Positions 52,464-64,000 of a DNA stretch of 64,000 nucleotides are shown here, in pieces. This stretch comes from Lama glama. Lineage: Eukaryota. The position numbers were made by a program, and so were the translations under genes. The number at the start of each line of letters is the position of its first letter. The stretch's first letter is position 1. The notes under the pieces were generated by a model. That model saw only the letters and a list, made by a program, of their open reading frames with translations, had not been told where the DNA came from and did no database searches. The DNA is taken from NCBI GenBank assembly GCA_028534125.1, contig CM052816.1, forward strand, positions 10,294,001 to 10,358,000, in the 5' to 3' direction.

Positions 52464-52648
52464 ACAAATTGGAGACAATCTGATTGTCCCTGGAGGAGTG
52501 AAGACCATCGAGGCCAATGGGAAGATGGTGATTCCTGGAGGCATGGACGTCCACACCCACTTCCAGATGCCGTACAAGGGAATGACCACAGTGGATGACT
52601 TCTTCCAGGGGACTAAGGCTGCCTTAGCCGGGGGCACCACCATGATCA
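52464..52648 (+). CDS. DPYSL3: DPYSL3 coding exon 3 ([61 protein letters not shown]), 185 nt
   Basis: Acceptor ctgtctcaccAG; donor A|GTAAGT; ANGKMVI and [14 protein letters not shown] are diagnostic of CRMP4 rather than CRMP1/2. Confidence 0.97.
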
Positions 52649-54719
52649 GTAAGTCCCCCGACATTGCACACTCGTGTGAAGTGTGCGTGCGGTCCCACGA
52701 AGAGAGTATTTAACTAACGAGTTGACCACAGTGCTCTCTGATGATAAGTGGTCCACTTCCCTCAGTTTCCTTTAGAGACTTTCTGGCTGACGGGACCCGG
52801 GACAAGCAGGTTAAAGTGAGGGCATTGGTGGCTCCTGTAACTGCACAGAGAGGTTCACGAGGCTTATGATCAAGAAGTCAGCTGCCCTCTCCTCTGCCTT
52901 GGAGCAGCGGCTGGGTGTGCTGTGGGCAGGAATCAGCATTTATCATCTCTGGGCCAGTCCCTGGGGAAAGTGGCCCTAAAAAGTTGTGGATCGTGGGCAG
53001 AAAGTTACTTCGGAACTTCCAGCTCGGGCCTGAGGCAGGAGGGGGCAGCGAGCGCAGACAGGGCGCTGCGACTGGGGCTAGAAGCATCCGGGAGAGCATG
53101 AGGATGGACACTTGTGATTCTTGAGAACTCTTAGGAGGCTTCAGTGTCGGTTAGTGGTGTCTGATCTAGGCTGGTATTTTGACCAATTCATAGCTTTAAG
53201 ATTAGGCAAGCTGTGAGGTTCTTTCCCTTATTTTGTTTTGTTTTTTTGGTGACTTTTGCAATTCCTAAGAACCCTAGGGAGTTGCATGCCATTGGATTAC
53301 TGACAGATAGCATTCCAGGGTGGTCCTTCCTGTCCCAGAGGAATCTGGATGAAATGGCTCCCATCCCAGCCCTGGCCCCCAGCTGGGTCAGCAGGAGCAT
53401 TGCTGACCACCGTATACATCCACGCGAGGACTCAGAACAGCCTGAGCCATGGACTTATTGCTGTCTTTTGCTTCCTTTTGACGGGAGCACTGGCAGAGTA
53501 GGGCTAAGCTCACTGGATGTGGAAACCAGGACAATTGCATCAGGGCCATAAAAGGTGCAATTCTGGGAGACCAAAGCTTTTCTCTAGCCAGAGGGAGGGA
53601 GGGAGCCAGCTGACTTCTCAGCAGCCGCCTGCCCACGACAGCCCTGGTGTGGTTCCAGGCATCAGTAACACAGAGCCATGCCTCTGCTTTCCGATAAGTG
53701 CACTGGGGCTGCCGGTGCTCAAAGGCTGAGGAAATGAGTGGTCTTGGCCCGGCTTTCTGCCGTCTGGCCGAGGAGCTGGACCTGTTCCGGATCCCGGGCA
53801 TGTGCGTTAGGCTTGGGCTTCTGTGCTAGGGAGGGAGCAGGAGGGAAGTCGGGGTTCCACGTGGCAAGATAAGGAAGGCATTCAGTGAGCCACAGAAGTG
53901 ACATGTCCTTCAAAGATAATTTTTAAAAAAACCCTAGCTACAGAAAAAGCAAAGAAAATACAGAAATCCCACCTCAATCTTATAGTTTGGCCATCAATTT
54001 TTTTTCTATTTAACATAATGAACATACTACCATTTTCACCAAATAACACGTCATGGACGTCTTTCCGTCATTTATTTTTATTCTACCAAATTCACAATGG
54101 ACCCCTAACATCCGTTTTATGGAATTACCACAGCGTGTGTATGTGACCAAACTTCCCTGTTGTAAAAGACTGTGTTCTGGTTTTTCACTGACGTAAGTAT
54201 ATAAATAGTGGCCAACATCTTGAGAATCCATATTTTGTATCCAGTCCTGTTTATGCTTTTAGAAAGAATTTGTAGGCATGAAAATATCAAACTATTTGAT
54301 ACACATTTCAAAATCGTCCAGGAAAGTTGTACCAATTCACACTTTCTCTCGACAGTGGCCATGGGGAACAGTGAAAGTGTAACTTTTGCCTTATCCTCCC
54401 CAACGCTGTTGGTGTAAATGTTATTATTTTTAAAAATATTATGCACCATTGCAGGTGCTGCAAGAGTAAGGTGGGGCCACAAAGAAACTGAATTCTTGAT
54501 AAAACGTTTACGTGGAAATAAGATCTATGGGCCCAGGGTCAGAGTCAGTTAACTGATACCAGCTCTTTCCTCGGGCAGTAACCATGAGGATGTCACTCTC
54601 TCGTGCCCCTGATGTAACTTTAAAGCCCCTCCTTCTGCCCATAGAAGGGAGTCCGACTTCGGTCACCAGCAGTGACGCCCGTAGTACTGGTATTAATGGC
54701 ACACGTAAATGCTCATCCA

Positions 54720-54930
54720 TTGATAGCCAACGTTTATTGAGCACTTACTGTGTGTCAGGCATCAGGTGAAGCACTTTCCATGCATTTTCTCACGTAACCT
54801 CTTAACACACTAAGAGGGAAGACACTATTACTCCCCACCCCTACCCCACTTGGTGCCCATTTTAAGGATGAGAAAACCGAAGCTTTGAGAAGCTAGTAAT
54901 TTGCCCAAGACCGCATAGCTGAGTGGCAGT
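54720..54930 (-). mobile_element. MIR
   Basis: atagccaacgtttattgagcacttactgtgtgtcaggca...cccattttaaggatgagaaaaccgaagc. Confidence 0.8.
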
Positions 54931-55097
54931 TGAATCATCAGCAACCTTGAAACTGCCTGGGAACCCTTTCTAAGGTTAATCCTGTGCTCAGGAAAAAGAT
55001 CCTTTGCCCTCGTAGCCGAGCAAGCAGGAGCAGACCTGTGCAGAGCACACCAAGGGCCGTGTCAGTGAGTCACCCGTGCGGGGCCTCTGTTGTGCAG

Positions 55098-55262
55098 TTG
55101 ACCACGTGGTGCCCGAGCCCGAGTCCAGCCTGACGGAGGCCTACGAGAAGTGGCGGGAGTGGGCTGACGGCAAGAGCTGCTGTGACTACTCCTTGCATGT
55201 GGACATCACCCACTGGAATGACAGCGTCAAGCAGGAGGTGCAGAGCCTCATCAAGGACAGAG
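55098..55262 (+). CDS. DPYSL3: DPYSL3 coding exon 4 ([56 protein letters not shown]), 165 nt
   Basis: Acceptor ctgttgtgcAG; donor G|GTGAGC; phase 1-1, consistent with neighbours. Confidence 0.97.
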
Positions 55263-55732
55263 GTGAGCCTGGGCTGCCGTCGTCCCTTCCCCCTCGCTTG
55301 TCCTTCCTACACCATGCACTCATCCGGTCACTGCTCCTTGCTGGGAACCCAGGACCTGGGGTCCAGGTGCTTTATCTCTGTTTATGCCATCCTGCTCATT
55401 CCTACAGGGTCCCCGTGAGATAGGGCTATCCTCCTTCCAGATGGAGAACCTGGGGGCTCAGAATAAGTAACGCGGGATCGTGCAGCTAGGAAGCAGCAGG
55501 TCTACCCAGAGTCCCTGCCATACTGCCCAGTGTCCAGGGGCAGCACTGAGCTCAGTAGAGGCTGACATGTCACATGAGGTCACACAGCTAGTACATGTGA
55601 GATGAGAAATTTCTAACCTCAATCATTTTCATTCCAAAGATCCAACCGTTGCTATTATGTGACAGTAGCATCCTCGGAAAAGCAGAAAACATTAGTGGGA
55701 ACAAAGGTGTGTTGTACTCCAGCTAGGAGCTT

Positions 55733-55735
<3 letters not shown>

Positions 55736-55769
<34 letters not shown>
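55736..55769 (+). repeat. (GT)17 microsatellite
   Basis: Seen directly. Confidence 0.95.
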
Positions 55770-55771
<2 letters not shown>

Positions 55772-55857
55772 TCTCCCTGAGTACACAACTTAGGTTCCCG
55801 CTGTCTTTTTAGATTCTTCTCTGCTCTCCTTTCTATGTTCTGATCGTCAGCTATTTT

Positions 55858-55858
<1 letters not shown>

Positions 55859-55902
<44 letters not shown>
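55859..55902 (+). repeat. Compound (CT)15(CA)7 microsatellite
   Basis: Seen directly. Confidence 0.95.
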
Positions 55903-56879
55903 AACCCATATGTGCACCCAGACATGCGACATGCTCAGCATCCCAGGGCAGCCTGGGGGACTCAGGGAAGTATAAGGAATGGCTCCTGCCAAGTGTCCAT
56001 GAAAGAAGGAATCAGGCCAGTGAAGAGCAACAGGATCAATGCCGCGAGACACAGAGTATTATTATAATAGGAATATTTTAAGACTAATTATGCTGTAATG
56101 CAAGTTCTAGTACTATGGTACAAGTACTAATACTATAATAATTATTATAATACTCCTTATTATAACACTAATTTTATAATACGATTATCAGAGAGCAGTC
56201 TCGTTCAAACACCAGGAGTGCAGTGGAGGCAAGGTGCTCAGGATCGGGGGGAGGGAGGATGACTTCCCAGAGGATGAATTCTCCTTCCCACCCTCCTCCA
56301 CACCCCACAGGCTCTGCCCCGTCCTCCCTGATTCAGTGTGAGATTAACCCCTCCCTTCTTTCTTGTGTCCCCTCTCACACTGGGCACCTCAACTAGGGTA
56401 GAAAATTGAATGGCTCTAATATCCCTGCCCTTCCGAAGGGCCTGGGTCATTCCCCGGATGGCACAGAGGCTCGGGGGAAGGGCGGTGTTGGGAACAGCTG
56501 CCCCAAGTTGAGCCTTTCTGGGTAAGGAAGTTCTCAAATTACCATCCGCTTTTGGCGTGGAAGCCTGTGGGCTGAGATGGCCCTAATGGTTGGAGACCAA
56601 AATTACCCTCCTTTCCTCAAAATGATCGTCTGTTCCCCTGTCCCACTGATTTCTGTAAATTACTCTGTTAATAGTATATTTGGGGGGAGAAAGTAAATGG
56701 CTTGTTCCTTATAACCCTGCTGACTTAGATATTTGAGCACAAGGTGAACCTTGACTTCTGCCCAGCAGCTCTGTTGCTTCCCCGAGGACAGAAGTTCGGT
56801 TTCAGTTCTCTCTCAGCCCCAACCCCCCGCCCAGGCCCAGTGTAGATAGCAGACGCTCACAAACTGTGACCCCCGGAGG

Positions 56880-57010
56880 TCAGCCTTGTGCCAGGCCCAG
56901 TGCTGAGAGCTCTACATGTGTTATCTCACTGAAGGTGTCCAACCACCTGACGAAGCAGGCTAGTGTTATTTTTCCATTTTACAGGTGGGGAAACTGAGGC
57001 TCATGAAGTT
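56880..57010 (-). mobile_element. MIR
   Basis: ttgtgccaggcccagtgctgagagct...ccattttacaggtggggaaactgaggctca. Confidence 0.75.
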
Positions 57011-57397
57011 ATGTGTTCTAAGCTTACTACCCTGGCATGGGGTGCCCCCCACTAGCCTGCACCCTGTGGGTACACGACACATGTGCTGGGGTGATTCTCG
57101 GTGCTGGGTCTTACCCTTAAGCAGTATTGAAGCTGGTTGGCCCTCTGGGATGGGGGATGGTGGAAGATGGGAGGCAGGAAAGAGAGGCAGAAGAAGAGAC
57201 CATTCTGCTCTGACGTCGTGGGATTTGTCGATTTTACGGGGTGGAGGACGAAACAGAAAACCTCTCTTGGAGAGTGGGAAGCATCCGCATTGCATTGGGC
57301 GGGAGCCTGCGATGCACCGGGGCCCTGGGGGCGATGCAATAGGATAGGACGCAGCAGGGTGGTGATAATGTTGTCTTCCTTCCCGTCTCTCTCGCAG

Positions 57398-57459
57398 GAG
57401 TGAACTCCTTCATGGTTTACATGGCCTACAAGGATTTGTATCAGGTGTCCAACACAGAG
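57398..57459 (+). CDS. DPYSL3: DPYSL3 coding exon 5 (GVNSFMVYMAYKDLYQVSNTE), 62 nt
   Basis: Acceptor tcccgtctctctcgcAG; donor GAG|GTAACG; translation matches CRMP4. Confidence 0.97.
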
Positions 57460-58368
57460 GTAACGACCCTTCGCTGTGTGGTGTGGGGTATCTGGTTGGC
57501 TTTCCTCTTGTTTCCAGTGACCTTAGCTCTTTGAACCTGAGTCACGGTGGTGAGTGTGGGAGGCTGATGGGCAAGAGTGTTTCTTGAAGTCCTTGTGGTC
57601 CACACTACATTTTAAATAAGGGAACGGGCAGGGTGCCCATGGCAAGGCAGACGGGGAGCTAGAATTTCCACTGGAGCAGCTTTCTCAAAAGGACAAGAGG
57701 AAGGGCGTATCTAAATCTCCATCTGCTGTGCACGCTCCACATCCCTCGTGCACTCAGTCGGAGTGTGAGTGCTCAGCCTTATGGGATTGAGGTGGGTCTT
57801 CTGCCTTTTGGGGGAATCGTACCAGCTTGGCTCTGACTTACCCTACAGAATTCATGGGGTGTGTTTATTTTAGACAAATCTCATCTTTTTCAGAAGAAAT
57901 AGAAAAAATTAATTCCCATAACTCCTGGCTAGGAGATAAAGGGATGTCTGCCTTAAGAGGCTAAGAGATGGAGGTTTCAGCTTTTGAGTGAGCTCATGGC
58001 CAGGCTGCAGTGGCTTTCAGCAGTATGTGTTAAGAAGGATTCTGAAGTTCTATCTGAGCTCACAGGGCAATAATTCCATTTCAAATGTGTGCAGGAGGCA
58101 GAGTAGAGGGCTCAGTAGTACTTTGTTAGCTGTGTGCCCTGTCTGCCGAGGAGACACGAGAGGGTCCTGATATAGACACTTTCCTAGGGTTCCTTTGCAC
58201 TAGCACTCCACTCTGGTCCTAAATGTTTTAGTCTGTATTTCTGCCCTGGTCACTTATTTACTCTGGCCGATCCCATTTGTTTTAGTTCTGGCTCTAGTCA
58301 TTGGCCCTTGCATGAGATTGCTAAAAGCACCGCGTTTTGTGAAGGTGACAGACTCATTTCTGTTTCAG

Positions 58369-58449
58369 CTCTATGAGATCTTCACCTGTCTGGGAGAGCT
58401 GGGAGCCATCGCTCAGGTGCACGCTGAGAATGGGGATATCATTGCCCAG
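58369..58449 (+). CDS. DPYSL3: DPYSL3 coding exon 6 (LYEIFTCLGELGAIAQVHAENGDIIAQ), 81 nt
   Basis: Acceptor tttctgtttcAG; donor CAG|GTAACA; contains the amidohydrolase-family VHAENG motif. Confidence 0.97.
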
Positions 58450-60639
58450 GTAACACGGTGCAGCTCCCTGGAGTGCGCTCTGTGCTCGCGCGAGGGTCTG
58501 CATCCCATTTATTTTCTCATTTCTTCAGTGTTGCCGGGGTTCTCTGGATGTGCGAGGCCCCGTTATAAGTACTCTGTTAAAAACAGAACCTGCCTTCAAG
58601 GACCTCACAGTCTAGGAGGATGCAAAATGATGGCAAACAGAGACAAGCGAGGGAGAGAGGGAGGATGCTTTAAACGGAGCAGTCTGGCATTCTGGGGAGT
58701 CAGAAGAGGCATCTTGCAAAAGGAGGTTTTCAAACTGGGACATTTAGTGGGAGAGCATCGCTGATTCAGTTTTGAAAATGAATCTAAGCTACATGACATT
58801 CTCCGTCTTAAAGAAAAACCCTAAAGCGGCATTTCTTAGAAGCCAGAAATGTGACCCAGGACTGCGGAACTCCTGGCCTTAGGTAGTAAAGAATTCAGGT
58901 CTTGTGGGGATCAGACGTCCTGCTGGCTTCCTTGAAATCATGTTGAGAAACCTGAGGAAAGAGTGGTGACAGCGAGGGCCCCGAGGCCCAAATTGACTAT
59001 TTATATGGAAGCAGAAAGCTCTTCTCTCTCCATCTCCTGAGTTGCTTAATGGACTAGGTGCGCAGATGTGTCTTCTCCAGGATTTGGTTTATCGCAGAAG
59101 CACGCAGGATTGGCCTCTGCTAGTAGGAGGCAGCCAGCAGAATGTCGGCTCTCTTAGTCCATTTGATGACATTCATAGCAAGAACCCGTTATTCATTCTT
59201 TCAATGAGTATTTCCTGAGCGCCTTGTGCCAGACACGAGGCTACAGAGGTACCCCAAAACAAGTGCTTTCCATGGCTCTCCAATACTCGGGATGTACCTT
59301 CATTGTAGAAGTTGTCCGGGGCTTGGCCAATGTGGTTGGCAGGGTTGTGGGTACGTGATGAGGCTGACCCTCATCTCAAACCCATCGGCTTCGAACCCCA
59401 GGTCTCATGTGGTGAGCCCTGACTGCGGTGAGCCAGGCCCTGGTCCAGGCTCTTGTGTGTTCCCATCTCTTCTTCACCCCGCCCTTTCGAGATGCCGCCC
59501 ATCCTCCTCGGTTGATCCATGAGAACATCGAGGCTCTGAAGGATGAGGTCACTGGCCCAGGGATCACAGCCAGGACCTGGGAGAACAGGACCTTAGCGTC
59601 TAAGGTGATAGGTCTCCGTGGGCATCTTTACCCAGAGATGGTGCGTCAAAGACCCTGGGCCCCGCCGGTTCAGCTGCGGGCTCCCGGAGAGGCGGTGCTC
59701 CAGCTGTGCAGCTCCAGCTGTTACAGGTTTTCAGACTCTAAATGTCGTCTCCCTAGTGGAGGAGGTGAGCTGAATGGCTGAATGTGCAGTTTCCGTGCGC
59801 TTATGACCAAGGAGGTTAATTAGTTAGGCCCCTGACAGCCTTCTCCCACGTCCAGATGATGAAATCATTTTCCAAAGAGGGTCCAAATGCCTTCCTCCCA
59901 CGGGAGGCGTCCCAGTGGGGTGGAGCTGTCACTCCTCCGCTTTCTGCAAGGTTTCAGTGTAGCAGTCAGACGCCCTTGCCCTCCCTTCAGACGCCCTAAC
60001 AGCCACACTGCCTGCATCCTCACCCTAGACTCTATGGAGGCCAGCGGGCTCCAGCTCACAGCCCTTTTCCAGCTTCCTCTCCTGGCCCCTTAGGACCGAA
60101 GTGTATCTGGTTTTCCCCACTCCCAACCTCTCCCTACCTTGGAAAGCTCTGTTCTCAGGAAAAGAGTAAGAGCATTTTTCCATTTGGATGAGTTTCTTGT
60201 GTGTGTGTATTAAATTCAGCTCAGGCTGAAAGATTTTATCACCTTGTTTAAATGAAGGCAGGTGCTGTAACTCGGAGTTTCTTGATGCGCTTTATGCAGA
60301 GTGACTAAAGAGCGACAAGGGACATTTTCAAAAATTTCAAGCTGGCAGGGCAGTCTGATAGCACGGCATCTTTGGCCATTCATCTAACAGATAGCTACTG
60401 AGTGCCTATGCTGTGCTAAGCCTTGGAGAGGGGAGGTGAAAAAGATGGAGTTCTTTTCCTCATGGAGCAAACAGAATTGTGCCGTGACCCAAACTGATGG
60501 AATTACAGTGGTGATCAGTGCTCACACCTCCCTTACCCATGTCACGGGGCATCTGTGGGTCTTTACTGCCCCATTCTTAATCTTCCAGCTGTAGGGACAT
60601 CACAGCTTTGAGAACAGACCTTCCCAACATGAGCCGTGC

Positions 60640-60786
60640 ACTAGAATCACCCATGGAGCTTAATGAACAATCCCTGAGCTTCTGCGAGTTCCGGAAATCC
60701 TGATTTGGGAGGTCAGAGTCGAGCTTGGTCAAGTGTACTTTGGAAAAGTTGCCCTGGTGACTTGAATGTGCTCGGAGACCCACTGC
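60640..60786. mobile_element. MER5-like hAT DNA transposon relic
   Basis: tagaatcacccatggagctt...aaaagttgccctggtgactt...gagacccactg. Confidence 0.55.
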
Positions 60787-61544
60787 TCGAGTGAGTGTCA
60801 TCCTGTGCGTGGTCCCTGCGCTTTTCAACAAGAGAGTGTCATGTCAGACAGAAGACACTTTAACTGAACACCAACCCTTGTGTGACTTCAGCTGGCAGTT
60901 CAGAGTGGAAACTTACCCGAGTTTGGAAGAAATTATATTTAATCCAAGCTTCGATACGTGGAGCAGGAGGAATGAAAAGTGGAGGCGCCTTGCTGGAAGT
61001 ATCAGCCTTTTGTCAAGCTCTGTGGAGCTGAGGCAGTGACCATTCAGCTTCTCGTGGGTGCAGTACAGACGTCTTCCTCCCCCTCCTTTAAAAATTTACA
61101 TAATTAAAAACAAACCAACAACAACAAAAGAGTTCCTCTTTTCCAGAGAATCCCTTCCTTTTGAAACATCTCATAGTTTCCCAAGTGAGACAAGGCCTGG
61201 TTCAGCTCACCCGCCTTCATCTCCAGAAACCCCGGCACGAGGTTCCTAAGAACTGTCCTCGCTGCTTGAGCGTGAAGCCTGCAGAACTGGAGATCTGGGA
61301 CTGAGGACGTGTGCCAAGTCCCATTAGCCCCCGCGGGCGTTCCCAGCCCAGCCACCTGCTTCTTCCAGAAAGCTGGCCCGATCTGAGGAATTGAGCCATC
61401 AGCCTCGAGGAATTAGACAGATCACCACATCTGCAACCTAGTTACACAGAATTTGACCAAAGGGCTAACTCAGGTCATGCTGCTTAGAGGCCTTATTTAG
61501 TCTGGTTAAATCCTGAATCTACTTACTAAAGCCAGGCATTTACG

Positions 61545-61705
61545 GCATGAAAAAGCCTTGAGGGCCTTATTAAAATGCAGAATCCTAGAGTTTTGCCTTA
61601 AATATTCTAATTTGATAGGCCTGGATAGGGCCAGACATCACCACTGTTAGAAAAGCAGCCCAGGGGATTCAGATGCAGCCAGTGGATCAGACTTTGGGAA
61701 ACAGA
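61545..61705. mobile_element. MER5-like hAT DNA transposon relic
   Basis: ttattaaaatgcagaatcct...ataggcctggatagggcc...ccaggggattcagatgcag...actttgggaaaca. Confidence 0.6.
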
Positions 61706-62189
61706 GTGGGAAACTGCAAGCTCTGTGAATTCCGGGGCCTCATTGCCCTAGTTCAAGTACTTAACCTAGGGCCCAGCAGGAAGCAGGTACTCAGTATGTT
61801 TTGTGGGATGAATGGGTTTTAAAATGTTTGAATGAACAAACAGATGAGTTAAGCAAGTGTACTTTCAGAAGTATCTGCCTCTGAAGGAAATGAAAAATGA
61901 GTGAACTGGTGTGACTTCTGATGTGGAATGTAGGAAAAAAATTGATATTCTGACAGAATGTCATCCTTTTAATAAAAAGCCACCCTTAAATGCTCCTTTC
62001 CTCTTTCAGTTAAGATTCTCCCCTGTTTTGCAATTCCAGATACAGGATTAACAAATGCGTTTGACATTCACATTTCATTCATTGTTTTTCCCCTTGAACA
62101 CATCTTTAGATGAGAATATACCAGTGTGACTTTTCCAAACCTCAGTTGAGTTCATCTAAAAGCTCTTCTGTCTTCTTTTCTCATTCTAG

Positions 62190-62258
62190 GAGCAAACCCG
62201 GATGTTGGAAATGGGGATAACTGGCCCAGAAGGCCATGTGCTGAGCAGACCAGAGGAG
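62190..62258 (+). CDS. DPYSL3: DPYSL3 coding exon 7 (EQTRMLEMGITGPEGHVLSRPEE), 69 nt; gene continues beyond the window
   Basis: Acceptor tcttttctcattctAG; donor GAG|GTAATT; GITGPEGHxxSRPEE motif. Confidence 0.97.
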
Positions 62259-64000
62259 GTAATTTGCAGGGGGCTGGGGTGGGGGAGGGGTGCAGGGCAA
62301 GAAGCTGTCGCGATGGGGGCGCTCTTGGTTCGCAGCATCTTCCAGGAGACCTCCGTTATCTCAGTCCTCAGCAGCCTGGCTTCCAGCCCACTGCTCATTT
62401 TACATCGCAGTGTTTGGGTTCAGCATCCCGTTTCTTGGCACACACATGCACAGCTTATGAACACACCTTGCTGCAAGGTGGTGGGACCCTTGGAATACCA
62501 GGCAGGCATTGGAACGTTTCTTCCAGAAGTCACATCTGATGGGCCCAACTGAAGGCCTCTGAAAAAATTAGAAAGAAATGGAAGGGAAATGCTTACTTCC
62601 GACCCCCAGTCTCTTTAAAGAGAATCCAAGTTGGAGGGCACTCCACACTTAGTAGGAGCGGTAAATATCTAAGTCCTTCTTTAGTCACCAGGAATCTCAG
62701 AGACATTCCTGTCTGTTCCCTTGATCCGTATGATATTTGAAGCCCTGCAAAATATCAGCCGTATCTCTGGGAGGCTGAATAGGTTTGTCATAGGCACGCC
62801 ATCCACTGATTGGTGTGAGGTGACAGTGACACCCAGGTGTGGAAGTTTTGCCCACGTGTGAGATGAACGCTGGTGAGTATCTGTGCTGAGCAACTTAGGT
62901 ACGAATGAACAGTCACTAGTGGCTGATGCCATGTGTCTGGGATGTCAGCAGCCTCGGCGGCTGGCACAGGCATAGAGCTGGGGGCCGGCTGCCCGCATGG
63001 CTGGGAGCACAGTGGCTTTGGGAGACCAGCCTGGGTCTGGCACCTGGAGCAAATTCCAGACCCTCCGTGCCAGCAAAGCGAACCCTTTCCTGTTCTCATC
63101 CCAAGCCCCACACTGTGCAGCAGGTAGAAGCAGCAGCCAGGACCAGAAACGACAGTCTTCCCGTTGCCCCCTCTGTGTTAGGATCTTGTTAAAAATGAAA
63201 ACGTAATGTGCATAGAGAAAAGTCGTCCAACCATAAAGGCACAGTGACTTTCCCAAAGTAAGCACACTGTGTAACTAGTTCCCAGATGGAGAAACAGGAC
63301 GTCGTCAGCACCCCAGCACCCCAGACTCCATTGTGTTAAATGATGTTTTTTGTTGCTGGTTGAAATGATTTATCATTTTGTCCGCAAGGATACAGTCACA
63401 GCAGTCCTGCAAAGTCTGTCTCCTTAATGCCTTCCCTGGAATACTTGCTTCTACCCGGTACTGCGCTCGTTGCATTTAGCAGAGAGAAACATTCTCCTTG
63501 CCCCAGTCTGGGTAGTGGGTGTTATTATGTGGAGCAGCTGGAGCTCAGAGGGATGAAGACACTGGCCCTCAGTTCGAAGGACTGGGAAGCTGTTTACCCG
63601 GTGTGAGTCTGCCAGGGTGATCAGCACTGTTTGTGAAACTTCTCTGAAATGCCGGTCACTGTAGAGATGTGCTGGCAAGATAGATTTCTTCGGCGGCAGC
63701 CAGGGGATTTCTGAGCAAAGTCTATTTTTGTCCCTTGGTTTGTTTTTCCAACCCCCCCACCCTACTCCTCCCTGTTCCCGTCTCCTTTTTAGTAGAAAGC
63801 CTCTCAGCTGCAGATCTCGACAACCCTGGAAGCCCTTTTGGGTGAAGTTGGAGGGTGATGTAACCTTCCAAAGATAGTCATGTTGTCAAGGTGCTTAAAA
63901 CCCTGCAGGAGGTGGGGGCAGAATGAGATCAGACGGGCCAGGACTGTGGTCATGGGGGAGCTGGAGTGGTCAGCATAGGCATAAAAAGGGAGGAGTGGGC

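Noticed and set aside
57395..57400. NAGNAG acceptors at exon 5 (CAGGAG) and exon 7 (TAGGAG)
   Set aside because: A distal GAG is very rarely used as an acceptor; no evidence of use.
19933..62258. Alternative identity as DPYSL2, CRMP1 or DPYS
   Set aside because: The N-terminus is shared with DPYSL2, but [31 protein letters not shown] and [14 protein letters not shown] are DPYSL3-type.
1..64000. CRISPR array, operon or other prokaryote-type system
   Set aside because: The sequence is mammalian intronic DNA; there are no repeat-spacer arrays or long intronless genes.

Overview
Mammalian genomic DNA, most likely camelid, judged from tRNA-derived SINEs resembling Vic-1 and cetartiodactyl-type L1 3' ends. 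The window holds the 5' half of DPYSL3 (CRMP4, dihydropyrimidinase-related protein 3) on the + strand. A CpG-island promoter (~19.1-20.9 kb) precedes coding exons 1-7 of the short isoform (39+89+185+165+62+81+69 = 690 nt, aa 1-230, MSYQGKKNIPRIT...VLSRPEE; all introns GT-AG). The gene continues past the window end. The first ~19 kb is probably intron 1 of the long isoform. The rest is intronic sequence with L1, L2, MIR, SINE, LTR and DNA-transposon relics, a decayed ERV-L pol fragment, microsatellites and two 500-N placeholder gaps. One gap hides a 199-bp false duplication; the other probably spans about 1 real base. I found no convincing new biological system. The most notable observations are an Ile70->Met change in the conserved PGGIDxHxH motif, a clean antisense-to-sense switch in young retroelement orientation around exons 2-3, and promoter features (overlapping upstream ORF, G4 motif, poly(dA) tracts). 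Repeat family names and reference protein sequences are from recall, not from a database search; repeat boundaries are approximate unless a target-site duplication (TSD) is given.
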